A stretch of DNA of 64,000 nt from Octopus sinensis (taxonomy: Eukaryota), in NCBI RefSeq assembly GCF_006345805.1, contig NC_043003.1, forward strand, positions 52,700,001 through 52,764,000, written 5' to 3'. Under the pieces are notes generated by a model. The model was not told the DNA's origin. It worked only from the letters and a program-made list of their open reading frames with translations, and made no database searches. Position numbers and translations under genes: made by a program. This document shows, one piece after another, positions 52,500 to 64,000 of the stretch. Within the stretch, counting starts at the first letter, position 1. Every line of letters begins with the position of its first letter.

Positions 52500-52830
52500 T
52501 ATTTTACTTATTTCAGTCACTAGACTGTAGCCATGCCAGGAATTTTAGACGATGAATCGACCTCAGTAGCTTTTTTTCTTTCTGTTTTTTTTTCTTCAAG
52601 CCTGGTACTAAATCTTTCGGTCTCTTTTGCCGAACCATTAATTTACGAGAACGTAAACACACCAGCACCGGTTGTCAAGCAATGGTGGGGGACTAACATT
52701 GACACACACACGCACAAGCACACACACAAGCACACACCACACACACACACACACACACATACACACACACACAAGCACACACACATACGCACACACACAC
52801 ACACACACGCACACACATGCACACACACAC

Positions 52831-52868
<38 letters not shown>

Positions 52869-53186
52869 AACATTAATTTACGAGAACGTAAACACACCAG
52901 CACCGGTTGTCAAGCCGTGGTGGGGGACTAACATTGACACACACACACACAAGCACACACGCACACTCACACATGCACACACGCAAACACACACACATGC
53001 ACACACACACGCACACACACACACGCACACACACACACACACGAAACATTAATTTACGAAAACGTAAACACACCAGCACCGGTTGTCAAGCGATGGTGGG
53101 GAACTAACATTGGCACACACACACGCACGCGTGCACACACACACACACACAGAGACACACACACACACCACACACACACACATACA

Positions 53187-53225
<39 letters not shown>
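52500..53225 (-). mobile_element. SINE family A 3' part with its middle module plus (CA)n triplicated
   Basis: cattaatttacga.aacgtaaacacaccagcaccggttgtcaagc occurs three times (~52636, 52869, 53046). Confidence 0.85.
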
Positions 53226-53227
<2 letters not shown>

Positions 53228-53694
53228 AAGTGCCAACGCACGAAAAGTCTCGGCTTTTGTGTTATCCTGTTGCTTCTGCTAAATATTAATTAAAAATATA
53301 CATATATTCATATTCTAAGTTCTATTTTTCCTGCTTGCATATATATTGGCGAATTTCAGAAAGCATGGAAATTTTGAAGGATGTAGTGTCCCGACAGCTA
53401 ACAACTGATTCGAGTAGTTTATTACATGCTTCACCAATTCTGAGCGTGGTCGCCCAATTTCACACCACTGCCTGGCACCCTGTGTGCTTTTAGCGGCGTT
53501 CACTCTGTTGCGAGCATTAGGACTATAGGCTTCCGGTTCGAAAATTCCTTCCTTCCATTCGTCTCAGAGGTCCTGTAATGTATTATAATCACCGTCTTGA
53601 CTGAATGGTAAAAAGAAATATCAAATACTTTTAGGTCGCTAAGTTGATGGTTGCGTTCAAACCGACCTGGAAAATGAAAAGTCTCTCTTACGTG

Positions 53695-54061
53695 CTTCAG
53701 TCAATGGACTAGAGCCATGCTGGGGCATCCCTTTGGAAGGTTTTAATAGGACAGATCAATAATTTTTTCGAAGTCTGGTACTTATTCTATTAGATACTTT
53801 TGTCGTACCACTCAGTTATGGGCACGTAAACAAACCAACCTGTTGTCAAGCGGTAGAAGGGACAAACACAAAGGCACACACACACACGCACACATAAATG
53901 ACAGGCTTCCGCACAGTTTTCGTCTATCAAATTCACTCATAAGACATTGGTCAACCCGGGGTCCAGTAGAAGAAACTTGCCCAACATGCTGTGTAGTGGA
54001 ACCGAACCTGAAATCACATGATTGCAAAACCAGCTTTTAACCACACAGCCATGCCCGCGCC
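53695..54061 (-). mobile_element. SINE family A, diverged full length
   Basis: Tail and head both recognisable as reverse complements. Confidence 0.75.
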
Positions 54062-54439
54062 TATGGCCAAATTATCGACGAAATATTACTATCTTGTGTA
54101 GTTTTAAATTATAACAATAGCCAGTTAGATCAAATACATTACTGGACTGTTGTCGCAAGAATTACGAGATCGAATCAGCTATAGAACCTGCCTGTGTTAC
54201 CGTACTGGGCGCTTAATTTTTTATAATGGCTGTTTACCTAAAGTACAAGTCTATGTGCAAGACAACTTCCAGAATTTCCACGATTTGAGCTATACTTGCA
54301 GTATAAGAATAATCAGATTACAAGAGTTGGATTTGGTTTAGCATATGAGGATTTTCCATAAGACATGCACGTGTTATTTGCATGTTTTAATATACGTTGA
54401 ACCAAATCCAATACTTGTAAATTACAGTTATTATTATTT

Positions 54440-54727
54440 ATATATGCGCCCTTTTCAAGCCTAGCCAGGCTCATGGGCCCGGTTTCCCGGTTTCTGTGGC
54501 GTATGTGCTCCCCCCCAGCTGGACGAGACGCCAGTCCGTCGCAGCGTCACTCAAGAAAGAGGAAGAGTGAGAGCAAGTTGGGGCGAAAGAGTACAACAGG
54601 GGTTGCCACCATCCCCTGTCGGAGCTTCGTGGAACTTTAGGTGTTTTCGCTCAATAAACATACACAACGCCCGGTCTGGGAATCGAAACCACGAAACCGC
54701 TGCCCTAACCACTGGGCCATTGCGCCG
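54440..54727 (-). mobile_element. SINE, family D head plus tail T1
   Basis: Close match to 33722-34032 with a deletion in the head. Confidence 0.88.
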
Positions 54728-54979
54728 CCCAAATTACAGTTATACAAAGGTTATTAAAGTTAAGGACGGTATTGCATCATTTACAGAGCTGTTTGAGTTT
54801 GAAACTGATTACTAAGAGTTTACTCGCTCAATAGTTCTTTAATGATCATCTCTGTGACCGTAGGAATGATAACACTATGTAACACAATTTTTGTCCTTGC
54901 GTAGCAACTGTTATTTCGTATTTGCTTACGCCTAGATAGTATGAAAAAGGACTAATATTTCCTCCAAAGTTTGGTTTTG

Positions 54980-55150
54980 CTACATTTATTCAAACCTCAG
55001 AGAATCCCTTTCATTACATGGCTATGATGCTCCCTTATTACTCCTGCTCATGATCAAAGATGCACATATCAGCCACTAAGGGTTATGGTCGAGTGGTTAA
55101 GGTTAAGCAATTGACAAGCAAATCTGTGGTACTGAGCAGAATGTTTGCTA
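54980..55150 (+). mobile_element. Diverged fragment of the 2089-2645 repeat family
   Basis: catggctatgatgctccc..gatgcacatatc.gccactaaggg is the reverse complement of ~2190-2360. Confidence 0.7.
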
Positions 55151-56083
55151 CAACGATAGTTCTGCTTCAGCAACTCAGTGCTGAATCTATGTGAAATGTA
55201 ATGGAAAATAGGTCAGTTTCAAAACATTGATGTCCAGATCACGAAAACAAAGTTTGAAGGGAATAGAAGTCATTACTTTTGATGTCTAGATAGAAGAAAA
55301 ATACGAAATAACATTTACTGACCAAAGACAAAAGAAAAAAAATATTTTTGTTACACAATGTAATACTAAACACACTTATGCAACTCTATCTTAGCCAGTG
55401 GCATAGCTATAGTGTATGGCACTCGGGACAGCCCTTGAGTATTCCTCCCACCACCTTCGCCATACACCCAATATAGGCTCATGTAGCCGAACCAAAATTG
55501 ACTCCCTCACAAAATCGTCATCCAAAGCCCTCCATCTACGCTATAGGTTTTGGCCATTAAAATTTAGGTCGATTCGTTTCAAATAATGACAAAACACTGT
55601 TTGTTACTATCATAGCTTGCATCATATGAGTCCGGCTGATGTCGTTCAAATTACTCGAGACAGCATCAAAACATCAGTTATTTGACAGGAACTGACTAGG
55701 AGTGGTGTATAATTCTATCATTCATTTGGAGTGGTTGTATAAATGAACTAATAAGTATGTATAACATTGTACTGTAAATTAATAAACTTCTCCTTTTCCG
55801 GTACTCAAATAACTGTAACTGTCAAGCAACTGATAGCCACAAAAATGTGTTGATTAGAGACTGGAGAATTTATGCTAATTTATGTTAATTAATCAATTAT
55901 CCTTAAAAAAGAGAACATTTTTACTGTGTCTAAAATGGATCGTTGCTGCTCAGAGTACTGTACTATTTTAATCTATTGCATTTACAGTTACTGTAGGTTA
56001 ATAAGTCTTCTTAAATTCTATTTATTTATTTCTATTCCTCTCATCTCTGATTTATTCAGAATATTAACGACAATACTGATGCG

Positions 56084-56114
<31 letters not shown>

Positions 56115-56466
56115 TTAATGAATTATGTAAAGTGCTATGGTAATTTAAAAGGTGATGGTCAGATATCCAGAAAATCCAGTTATCCGGCAATTCTTTGGTT
56201 CCAGTGGTACTGGATAGAAGGGAATACACTGTATTTTAGAAATGTTGCAATACAGTACACAGTAGATATTTTCGTTATTTCGTAAATACTGTCTTGCATC
56301 TTGGGATCACACAATAATTTTACTGTTAGGATTTTGGAATTAGTGTTTAAGATTATTCCTGGTTTGGAGTTCTTTATGCTTTAAGCTTCAAGTTCTATTC
56401 CAAACACCGACATATACGGTAACGGTGGAAAAAGCAGATTTTATTGTAAATATTACTTGTGATATA

Positions 56467-57032
56467 TTGGGCTGTCCGGAAAGTTCGTGCCGATTTTTAA
56501 AGGAAAGGAAAAGGTCAATAAATACTTGCCATTACATTTTTAATCAACCAAATATGAACCATTTTGTTGCACAATGCGTCTCCATCTTTCCTTTAACTTG
56601 AAAATACCCTCTTCCCAGAATTGGGGTGGTTTCATGGCAAAGAATTCATCAAGGTATCTTTTTACGTCATCCAAGGAATTGAAATTTTTACCATTAAGAC
56701 TATTCTGCAGAGACCTGAATAAGTGGAAATCCGAAGGAGCAATATCTGGTGAATATGGAGGGTGGGGTAACACATCCTAGCCAAGCTGCAGCAATTTTTG
56801 TCTTGTTCCCAAAGTTTCAAGTGCCGAAAATGAACTTTCTTATCTTCCATTTTAAAGGGTTACAGAATTAATTCAGGTTATAGGAACATAAATCTTCTTC
56901 CACGAAAAGACAGCTTAAACTGTACCCTAAATGGAGGTGTAGTGAAATCCTATTTTATGAACTCAACCATGTTCTAAAATAAGTCGAAAGGTAAGCTACT
57001 ATAAATCGGCGCGAACTTTCCGGACAACCCAA
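56467..57032 (-). mobile_element. Internally deleted mariner, 566 bp, both TIRs and TA TSDs
   Basis: TIR ttgggctgtccggaaagttcgtgccgattt (28/30). MEDKKVHFRHL is joined out of frame to TRQKLLQLG*DVLPHPPYSPDIAPSDFHLF. Confidence 0.95.
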
Positions 57033-57582
57033 TACCAACACCATCTTCAGAAAGAGATTTGTCTCAATCTGTTACAAAAACCGAGTAAAGTCCAAGCTTT
57101 ATAAAAATCATCAAATATGTGAAACGTTTTGTTCTAGTTAAAGGCTTAAATTCAAACATGGAAAATGCATATATACATTACATTATATCACTATTCATGG
57201 CAAGCTAACCTTGAAAAGGCCCAGTTCTCAGAAATATAAGCAAAATTCAGTTCATCAGCACTGACATATCAAAACTTAGCAAGTTTAACAATTGACCTAT
57301 ATTGGTCTAAATTTTGACTGGCGTGTTTCATAGACAACAACAAATGCATATGTTGTTATAAGTTAAGCAACAAAATTATACAGGCTCCGATATACAAATA
57401 AGTTGTTTTTCTAAATTCCAATGATTTCAACACGGTCTCAACTCGAATCATAGAATTATTTTTCTTTGTTTCATTTGCATAAAGAATTTTCTCTATGATG
57501 TTATGTATTTTGATAACCCCAATACGTTTGTCGTGCCTGGCAAGTGATTTGGTAGACAAAACCGAGTGGAAACCCCTCGTGT

Positions 57583-57588
57583 ATGTAT

Positions 57589-57656
<68 letters not shown>

Positions 57657-57681
57657 TATATACATATATATAATATATATA

Positions 57682-57745
<64 letters not shown>

Positions 57746-57754
57746 ACATATATT

Positions 57755-57796
<42 letters not shown>

Positions 57797-57872
57797 CATA
57801 TATATATATATATATATATACACATATTATATATATATATATACTAATAATATATATATTATATACATATAT

Positions 57873-57913
<41 letters not shown>

Positions 57914-58137
57914 TATACATATATATATATATATTATATATATATATATACATATATATATATTATACATATATATATATATACATATATACATATATAT
58001 ATATATACATATATATATATACTATATATATATTAACATATCTATATATATACATAATATATACATATATATATATACATATATATATACATTATATATA
58101 TACATATATATATATACATAATATATACATATATATA

Positions 58138-58175
<38 letters not shown>

Positions 58176-58189
58176 CATATATATATTAC

Positions 58190-58256
<67 letters not shown>

Positions 58257-58400
58257 TATATATACACATATATATATATATATACATATATAATATATAT
58301 ATATACATATATATATAGATATATACATATATATATATATATACATATATATACATATATATTAATATATACTATAATATACATATATATATAAATATAT
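57583..58400. repeat. Imperfect (TA)n tract
   Basis: Direct reading. Confidence 0.95.
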
Positions 58401-60171
58401 ACACCTCTAGGACACGGCAAGTAAACAACCCAGAAGAATTCTTTGCCACTTTACCAGCGGCCAAAGAGACAAAAATTGAGTACATCAACATCGAAGAAGA
58501 TGATATCACACTAGCCATTGATGAGATTGACACAAACTCAGCTGCTGGACCTGATGGATTCCCAGCGATCCTTCTCAAATCGTGCAAACGAGCCCTTGCA
58601 AAACCGCTACAGCTTCTTTTTCAGAGCTTTCTTGCAAGTGGTAAGCTCCCAGTCAAACTGAAAGAGGGGGTAATATGCCCTATCCATAAGGGAGGTAGCA
58701 GAGCAGATGCTAAAATTATAGGCCTATCTCTCTGACCTCACACATCAGCAAAGTCATGGAACGAATAGTCCGTAAGAACTAATCATGTTCCTTGAAGAAA
58801 TGACTTACTGTCTGACACCAGCATGGATTTCGACCAGTAGAGGCTGCCTAACACAGCTCCTGCAGCACTATGACTGGGTGTTGAAACAGCTACTAAATGG
58901 CTCAAATGTGGATGTAATATATCTTGACTTTGCAAAAGCCTTTGATAAAGTCGACCATGGTATGATCTGTCATAAACTGCGTGGTCTCGGCATAGGCGGG
59001 AAACTTGGAGAGTGGCTGCACAACTTCCTAAAAGACAGAAAACAGGCAGTTGTGAGCAATGGAGCCACCTCCAGGGAAACGCAAATAACAAGCGGTGTCC
59101 CACAGGGCACTGTCTTGGGCCACTGATGTTCATAGTGGCCCTTTCAGACATGCCTTCAGTTGCTACGATGACCACCCTTGCTAGCTATGCAGATGACACA
59201 AAGGTCTCCCACGCAATACAAACCCTGAAAATATTGCGCATCTGCAACATGAGCTGGACACAATATACAGGTGGGCTGAGGACAACAACATGCAGTTTAA
59301 TGCAGGTAAGTTCCAGGCCCTGCGCTACTGGCACACAAAGGTAAATGACGTGAAGACTGGATACACTGGCCCAGGAAGAATTGCAATCCCTGAGTCAAAA
59401 TCAGTGCGTGACCTGGGCATTGACATGAGCAATGATGCATCTTTCCAAATGCATATTGCTAATCTGGTGATAAAATGCAGACGGCTAGCTGGATGGATTC
59501 TCCGAACTTTCAGAACAAGAGAGAAGGAGACACTGATGGTCCTATGGAAAACATTTGTCCTCAGCCGCTTGGACTACTGCTCCCAACTTTGGTCACCACA
59601 CAATATAAAACAAACAGCAGAACTCGAAGCACTCAGAGAAGCTACACAAAGAAAATCGTCTCAATGCAAAATGTCAGCTACTGGGAAAGACTGAAGGTAT
59701 TAAACCTCTTCTCCCTGAGCGGAGGCGGGAGAGATATGCAGTAATATACATCTGGAAAATCCTGGAGGGTCTTATCCCAAACTTTGGCATTCAAAGTTAC
59801 TCCAACCGCAGAACGGGGCGCCGCTGCGTGGTGCCAAGGATTCCAACATCACCATCAAAATACAGGTCCAGATACTGCAACAGCTTGGGTTTCAGAGGAC
59901 CACAGCTTTTCAACATCCTCCCTAAATGCCTGAGAGACTTACATGGTGTGGATGTGGGTTTCTTTAAAACTAAACTGGATCTCTTCTTGTTGGAAGTCCC
60001 AGATGAACCTACCTCACGACAGGAGACGCGGATGCGGGCAGCAGCATCGAACTCCCTTGTTGATCAAGTGCCACGTATCAGAGGTGGATTCACAAACTAG
60101 TGTGCTCATTCAGCGGTGGTGCCCCAGCATGGCCGCGGCCTTCGGGCTAAAACATTTTTAAGGATTTAAGG

Positions 60172-60173
<2 letters not shown>
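58401..60173 (+). mobile_element. 5'-truncated CR1-clade LINE (family 1): full RT domain, C-terminus, 3' UTR and tail
   Basis: NYRPISLTS, YLDFAKAFDKVDH, GVPQGTVLG, SYADDT, RDLG, RLDYCSQLWSP, RRERYAVIYIWKIL; stop at 60100. Confidence 0.95.
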
Positions 60174-60245
<72 letters not shown>

Positions 60246-60266
60246 GTATATATATATACATCATAT

Positions 60267-60304
<38 letters not shown>

Positions 60305-60374
60305 TATATATACTATATATATATATTATAATATATATCATATATATATATATATATACAATATATATATAGCC

Positions 60375-60431
<57 letters not shown>

Positions 60432-61131
60432 ATATATAGATATATAATCTTGATCTCCATATGTCTAACACACGTGGACATGCCTACAAAGTCATAACAA
60501 TACAGCTCCCATGACTTTCGGAAACATTTTTTCACGCTCATATTGCTGAAGCATGGATAAACTGCCTGCGTCAGTTGTTGACTGCATGACACTGCATATT
60601 TTAAGGCCCTATGCTTTACGAAAATCCGCCGAAACTACACCTTCATTTATATACACTTTATGAGTTGTAGTGCACCTAGCACTGACACAATTATTATTAT
60701 ATATTATTATTATATACATATATATATTATATATACATACATATATATATATATACATACATATATATATAATATACATATATATATATATATACATATA
60801 TCTACTATATATATATATATATATACTATATATATACATACATATATATATATACATACTATATATATATACATACATAGATATATATATATCTACATTA
60901 CATATTATATATATATACTTATACATATTATATATATACATACATATATATATATAATATATACATAACATAATTATATATAGACATACCTATCCGATAT
61001 ATATATACATACAATATTATATATTATACATATATATATATCTATATATATAATAGATATATATACGTTTTAAATATGTTGTGCAAGATTTATGGCTAAG
61101 GGGCAATATGACACTTCACGAAGGAGGGGCA

Positions 61132-61162
<31 letters not shown>

Positions 61163-61298
61163 ATATATATATAATATATATATATAAATATATGAAAATA
61201 TATAATATATAATATATATATATATATATACACATATATATTATATACATATACCTATATATCAATCATCCATATATATATATATATACATATATATT

Positions 61299-61344
<46 letters not shown>

Positions 61345-61378
61345 TATACATATATATATACATATATATACATATATT

Positions 61379-61409
<31 letters not shown>

Positions 61410-61444
61410 GCATATACTATATATATATATAGATATATATATAA

Positions 61445-61477
<33 letters not shown>

Positions 61478-61511
61478 ATCTATATATACATATCATATAT
61501 ATATATATATA

Positions 61512-61559
<48 letters not shown>

Positions 61560-61565
61560 TATAAA
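60174..61565. repeat. Imperfect (TA)n tracts interleaved with CR1 3' fragments
   Basis: Direct reading. Confidence 0.9.
60462..60695 (+). mobile_element. 3' end of CR1 family 2
   Basis: Homologous to 16090-16420 (aacacacgtgg.catgcctacaaagtca ... gtagtgcacct.agcactg). Confidence 0.8.
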
Positions 61566-61872
61566 TTCGGGGTATAATATAATTATAGCTCCTGTGTCTA
61601 CCACTTGGTGGTGTAGTGGTACAAAGTCAGAAAACAATACAGCTCCAATGACTTCACGGTACATATGTTTCGGCCTATATTAGACAGATTTATAACAATG
61701 CATGCGTAATTTCTGACTGGCCAGACATACATTATGCATTGTTTATAAATCTGTTCTAATAAAGGCCCGAAACTTGTCCCCAATCCTGGCCTACATGTTT
61801 TTATTTATCATTTATATCATTATATATATATAGTATATATATATATATATATATATTATTATATTATATATA

Positions 61873-61925
<53 letters not shown>

Positions 61926-61954
61926 CTTACATATATAAGCTACACAAATAAATA

Positions 61955-62495
61955 GCCTCTATGCAGAATGTAAGCTACTGGGAAGACTCAAGAGATTAAA
62001 ATTATATTCCCTGGAGCGTAGGCGGGAAAGATATGCCATAATATACATCTGGAAGATCCTGGAGGGAAGTGTCCTGAACTTGGCATCGAGAGTTACGCAA
62101 ATACCAGAACTGGGCGCCACTGCGTGGTGCCTAGGACTCCAAACCTGCATCAAGATGTAGGACAAGATTCTGTGATAGCCTGGGCTTCCGAGGCCCACAG
62201 CTCTTCAATATCCTCCCGAAGAACCTGAGAGACCTGCATAGGGTGGATACAGATGTCTTTAAAATGAAGCTGGATCTCTTCCTGTCAGGTGTCCCAGATG
62301 AACCAACTTCACGGCAGGAGGGGCAGATGAGGGCAGCTGCATCGAACTCTCTCATGCACCAAATAAAAGCAGTTGCTAGAAAGCCTCCATGAAGTGAAAC
62401 CAAGTAGCAACACCAAATGGCGGTGCCCCAGCATGGCCACAGCTCATAAGCTGAAACTAGAATCAATCAATCAATCATCAATCAATCAATCAATC
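61955..62495 (+). mobile_element. 3' fragment of CR1 family 1 with (TCAA)n tail
   Basis: ERRRERYAIIYIWKILEG, GFRGPQLFNILP, VPDEPTSRQE; homologous to 59650-60150. Confidence 0.92.
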
Positions 62496-62549
62496 ATATA
62501 TATACATATATATATATATATATAATATATATATATATCATATATATCT

Positions 62550-62631
<82 letters not shown>

Positions 62632-62776
62632 ATGTGTGTGTGTGTGTTTGTGTTAATGTTTGTCTTTATATTCAGTTATAATAAAAACAATTATTACATT
62701 AATCTGATGAGTTACTCTATACTTTTGTACAGTAAAAATTTATAAATCTTAAACATGAATATATATATTTACACCA

Positions 62777-62844
<68 letters not shown>

Positions 62845-62845
<1 letters not shown>

Positions 62846-63212
62846 AGAGAATTCACGAAAAAAACAAAAGACAAAGGCAGGTGGCGTAGAAAACAAACGG
62901 GTGTATTAGTATAACGCTCGGGAAGTGAAAAAGTCTTTTACGTTTCGACCCTACGCTCTTCCACAGAAAGGAACACAAAAAGAAACAAGGAGAGAAAAAA
63001 ATGTGTGTAGTGGCTACCGATATATATATATATATAACGGGAAGCTTTATGAAAATAAACAAAAGACGAAGGCAGGTGGAATACAAACAAACAATTGTAT
63101 TAGTATGGCGCTCAGGAATTTAAATAAAACAGAAAGATACACAGAAAAGAAACACGGAGAGAAACAAGGAGAGAAAAAATGCGTGCAGAGGCTAGCAAAT
63201 CACATGGCGATT
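62845..63212 (-). mobile_element. Two related ~175-bp monomers separated by (TA)n; the first carries a hammerhead-like motif (Penelope pLTR or retrozyme-like)
   Basis: aacaaaagac.aaggcaggtgg..ta.aaacaaac...tgtattagtat..cgctc.ggaa and aaacaaggagagaaaaaa.tg occur in both units. Confidence 0.6.
62935..62970 (-). ncRNA. Minimal hammerhead-like motif with a variant core
   Basis: Minus strand CTTT-CTGTGGA-A-GAGC-GTAG-GGTC-GAAA-CGT-A-AAAG. Stem I 4 bp, palindromic ACGT stem III. A6 is replaced by U and stem II has one mismatch. Confidence 0.5.
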
Positions 63213-63246
<34 letters not shown>

Positions 63247-63270
63247 ATATATATTTATATATATTATATA

Positions 63271-63655
63271 CGAGGGGGTACCCAAAAGTAACTGGAAATG
63301 TTCTCTGTGGGACAAACCTATTGTAGTTCAGGTTTCCACCACTATAAGTCACTTGATGCGATCCTCAGGCATCAGTCTGCCGACCGGCGTCTTCCGTTGA
63401 AGTCGTACTACCACGACATACGTCTTTGTTTTGCAATAATTCTCCTCTGTCCGTCGATTTTTACGATGGCTAAACGATGGAACAGCATGCTTCCGTGAAA
63501 TTATGTTTTCTGCTGGGGAAAACGGCAGCCGAAACAGTTGTCATGCTTCAAACAGCATACAAGGACGCTGCCATGAGCAAAACACAAGTTTACGAGTGGT
63601 TTCCACGCTTTAGGTGTGGTCACTTGTCGCTTGAAGCAAACCCTTGAAGGCATTG
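63271..63655 (+). mobile_element. Mariner 5' fragment (third distinct family)
   Basis: TA|cgagggggtacccaaaagt terminus. MEQHASVKLCFLLGKTAAETVVMLQTAYKDAAMSKTQVYEWF.RF..G..SLE. Confidence 0.85.
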
Positions 63656-64000
63656 GCCCAGCAAGATTGCAGTCCAGTGACTCAAACAAGCAAAAGAAGT
63701 TATCAATGTTGGTGTAAAAAAAGGATGCACTCAGTTATTTTTATCATGAAGTCTTTCAGTTTTATGTAAATCTTAGAAAAATTCCTGTATTGACTACATG
63801 AAAGGAATGAAGTAATAAGGTGACACAGTTTGATTTCGATTTTATAAACACTTGATCCAAAAATCAGGACTATATACCCAAGAGTGAAGTTCCTCCGTGA
63901 TCAACCGATCTGCTAGTAACAGCAATCAAATCTTCCTCAGATCATATCCAACCGCATTATAAAAAGAGAAATAGCATATTGGATATTGTAGTCTTCGATA

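Noticed and set aside
55395-55545. cagtggcatagcta ... ctacgctatag, possible small hAT-type MITE
   Set aside because: The right TIR is too degenerate and no TSD was found.

Overview
AT-rich eukaryotic (metazoan) genomic DNA, mostly transposon relics and microsatellites. The repeat inventory (tRNA-derived SINEs, CR1/RTE/R4 LINE remnants, mariner/hAT/Helitron derivatives, very long TA/CA/TAA/TCTA tracts) looks like an Octopus-type cephalopod genome; this is recognition from memory, not a database result. I can support only one host protein-coding candidate: a single-exon ORF at 50521-50922 (+) encoding a 133-aa protein with two transmembrane helices. Most ORFs in the track are microsatellite or SINE artefacts. 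The most notable structures are: (i) minimal type I hammerhead ribozyme motifs at 5168-5215 (+) and 62935-62970 (-), in Penelope-like or retrozyme-like contexts; (ii) a CR1 LINE and the dominant SINE family that share a 3' tail with a compensatorily covarying stem-loop; (iii) SINE heads and tails found in all four combinations, plus a SINE with 1, 2 or 3 tandem cores; (iv) a CR1 RT ORF whose nine frameshifts are all homopolymer contractions with no stop codons, so it may be intact; (v) a Dong/R4 element inserted in a (TAA)n array. SINE family letters A-D and tail names T1/T2 are my own working labels. Repeat boundaries are approximate unless a TSD or TIR is quoted.
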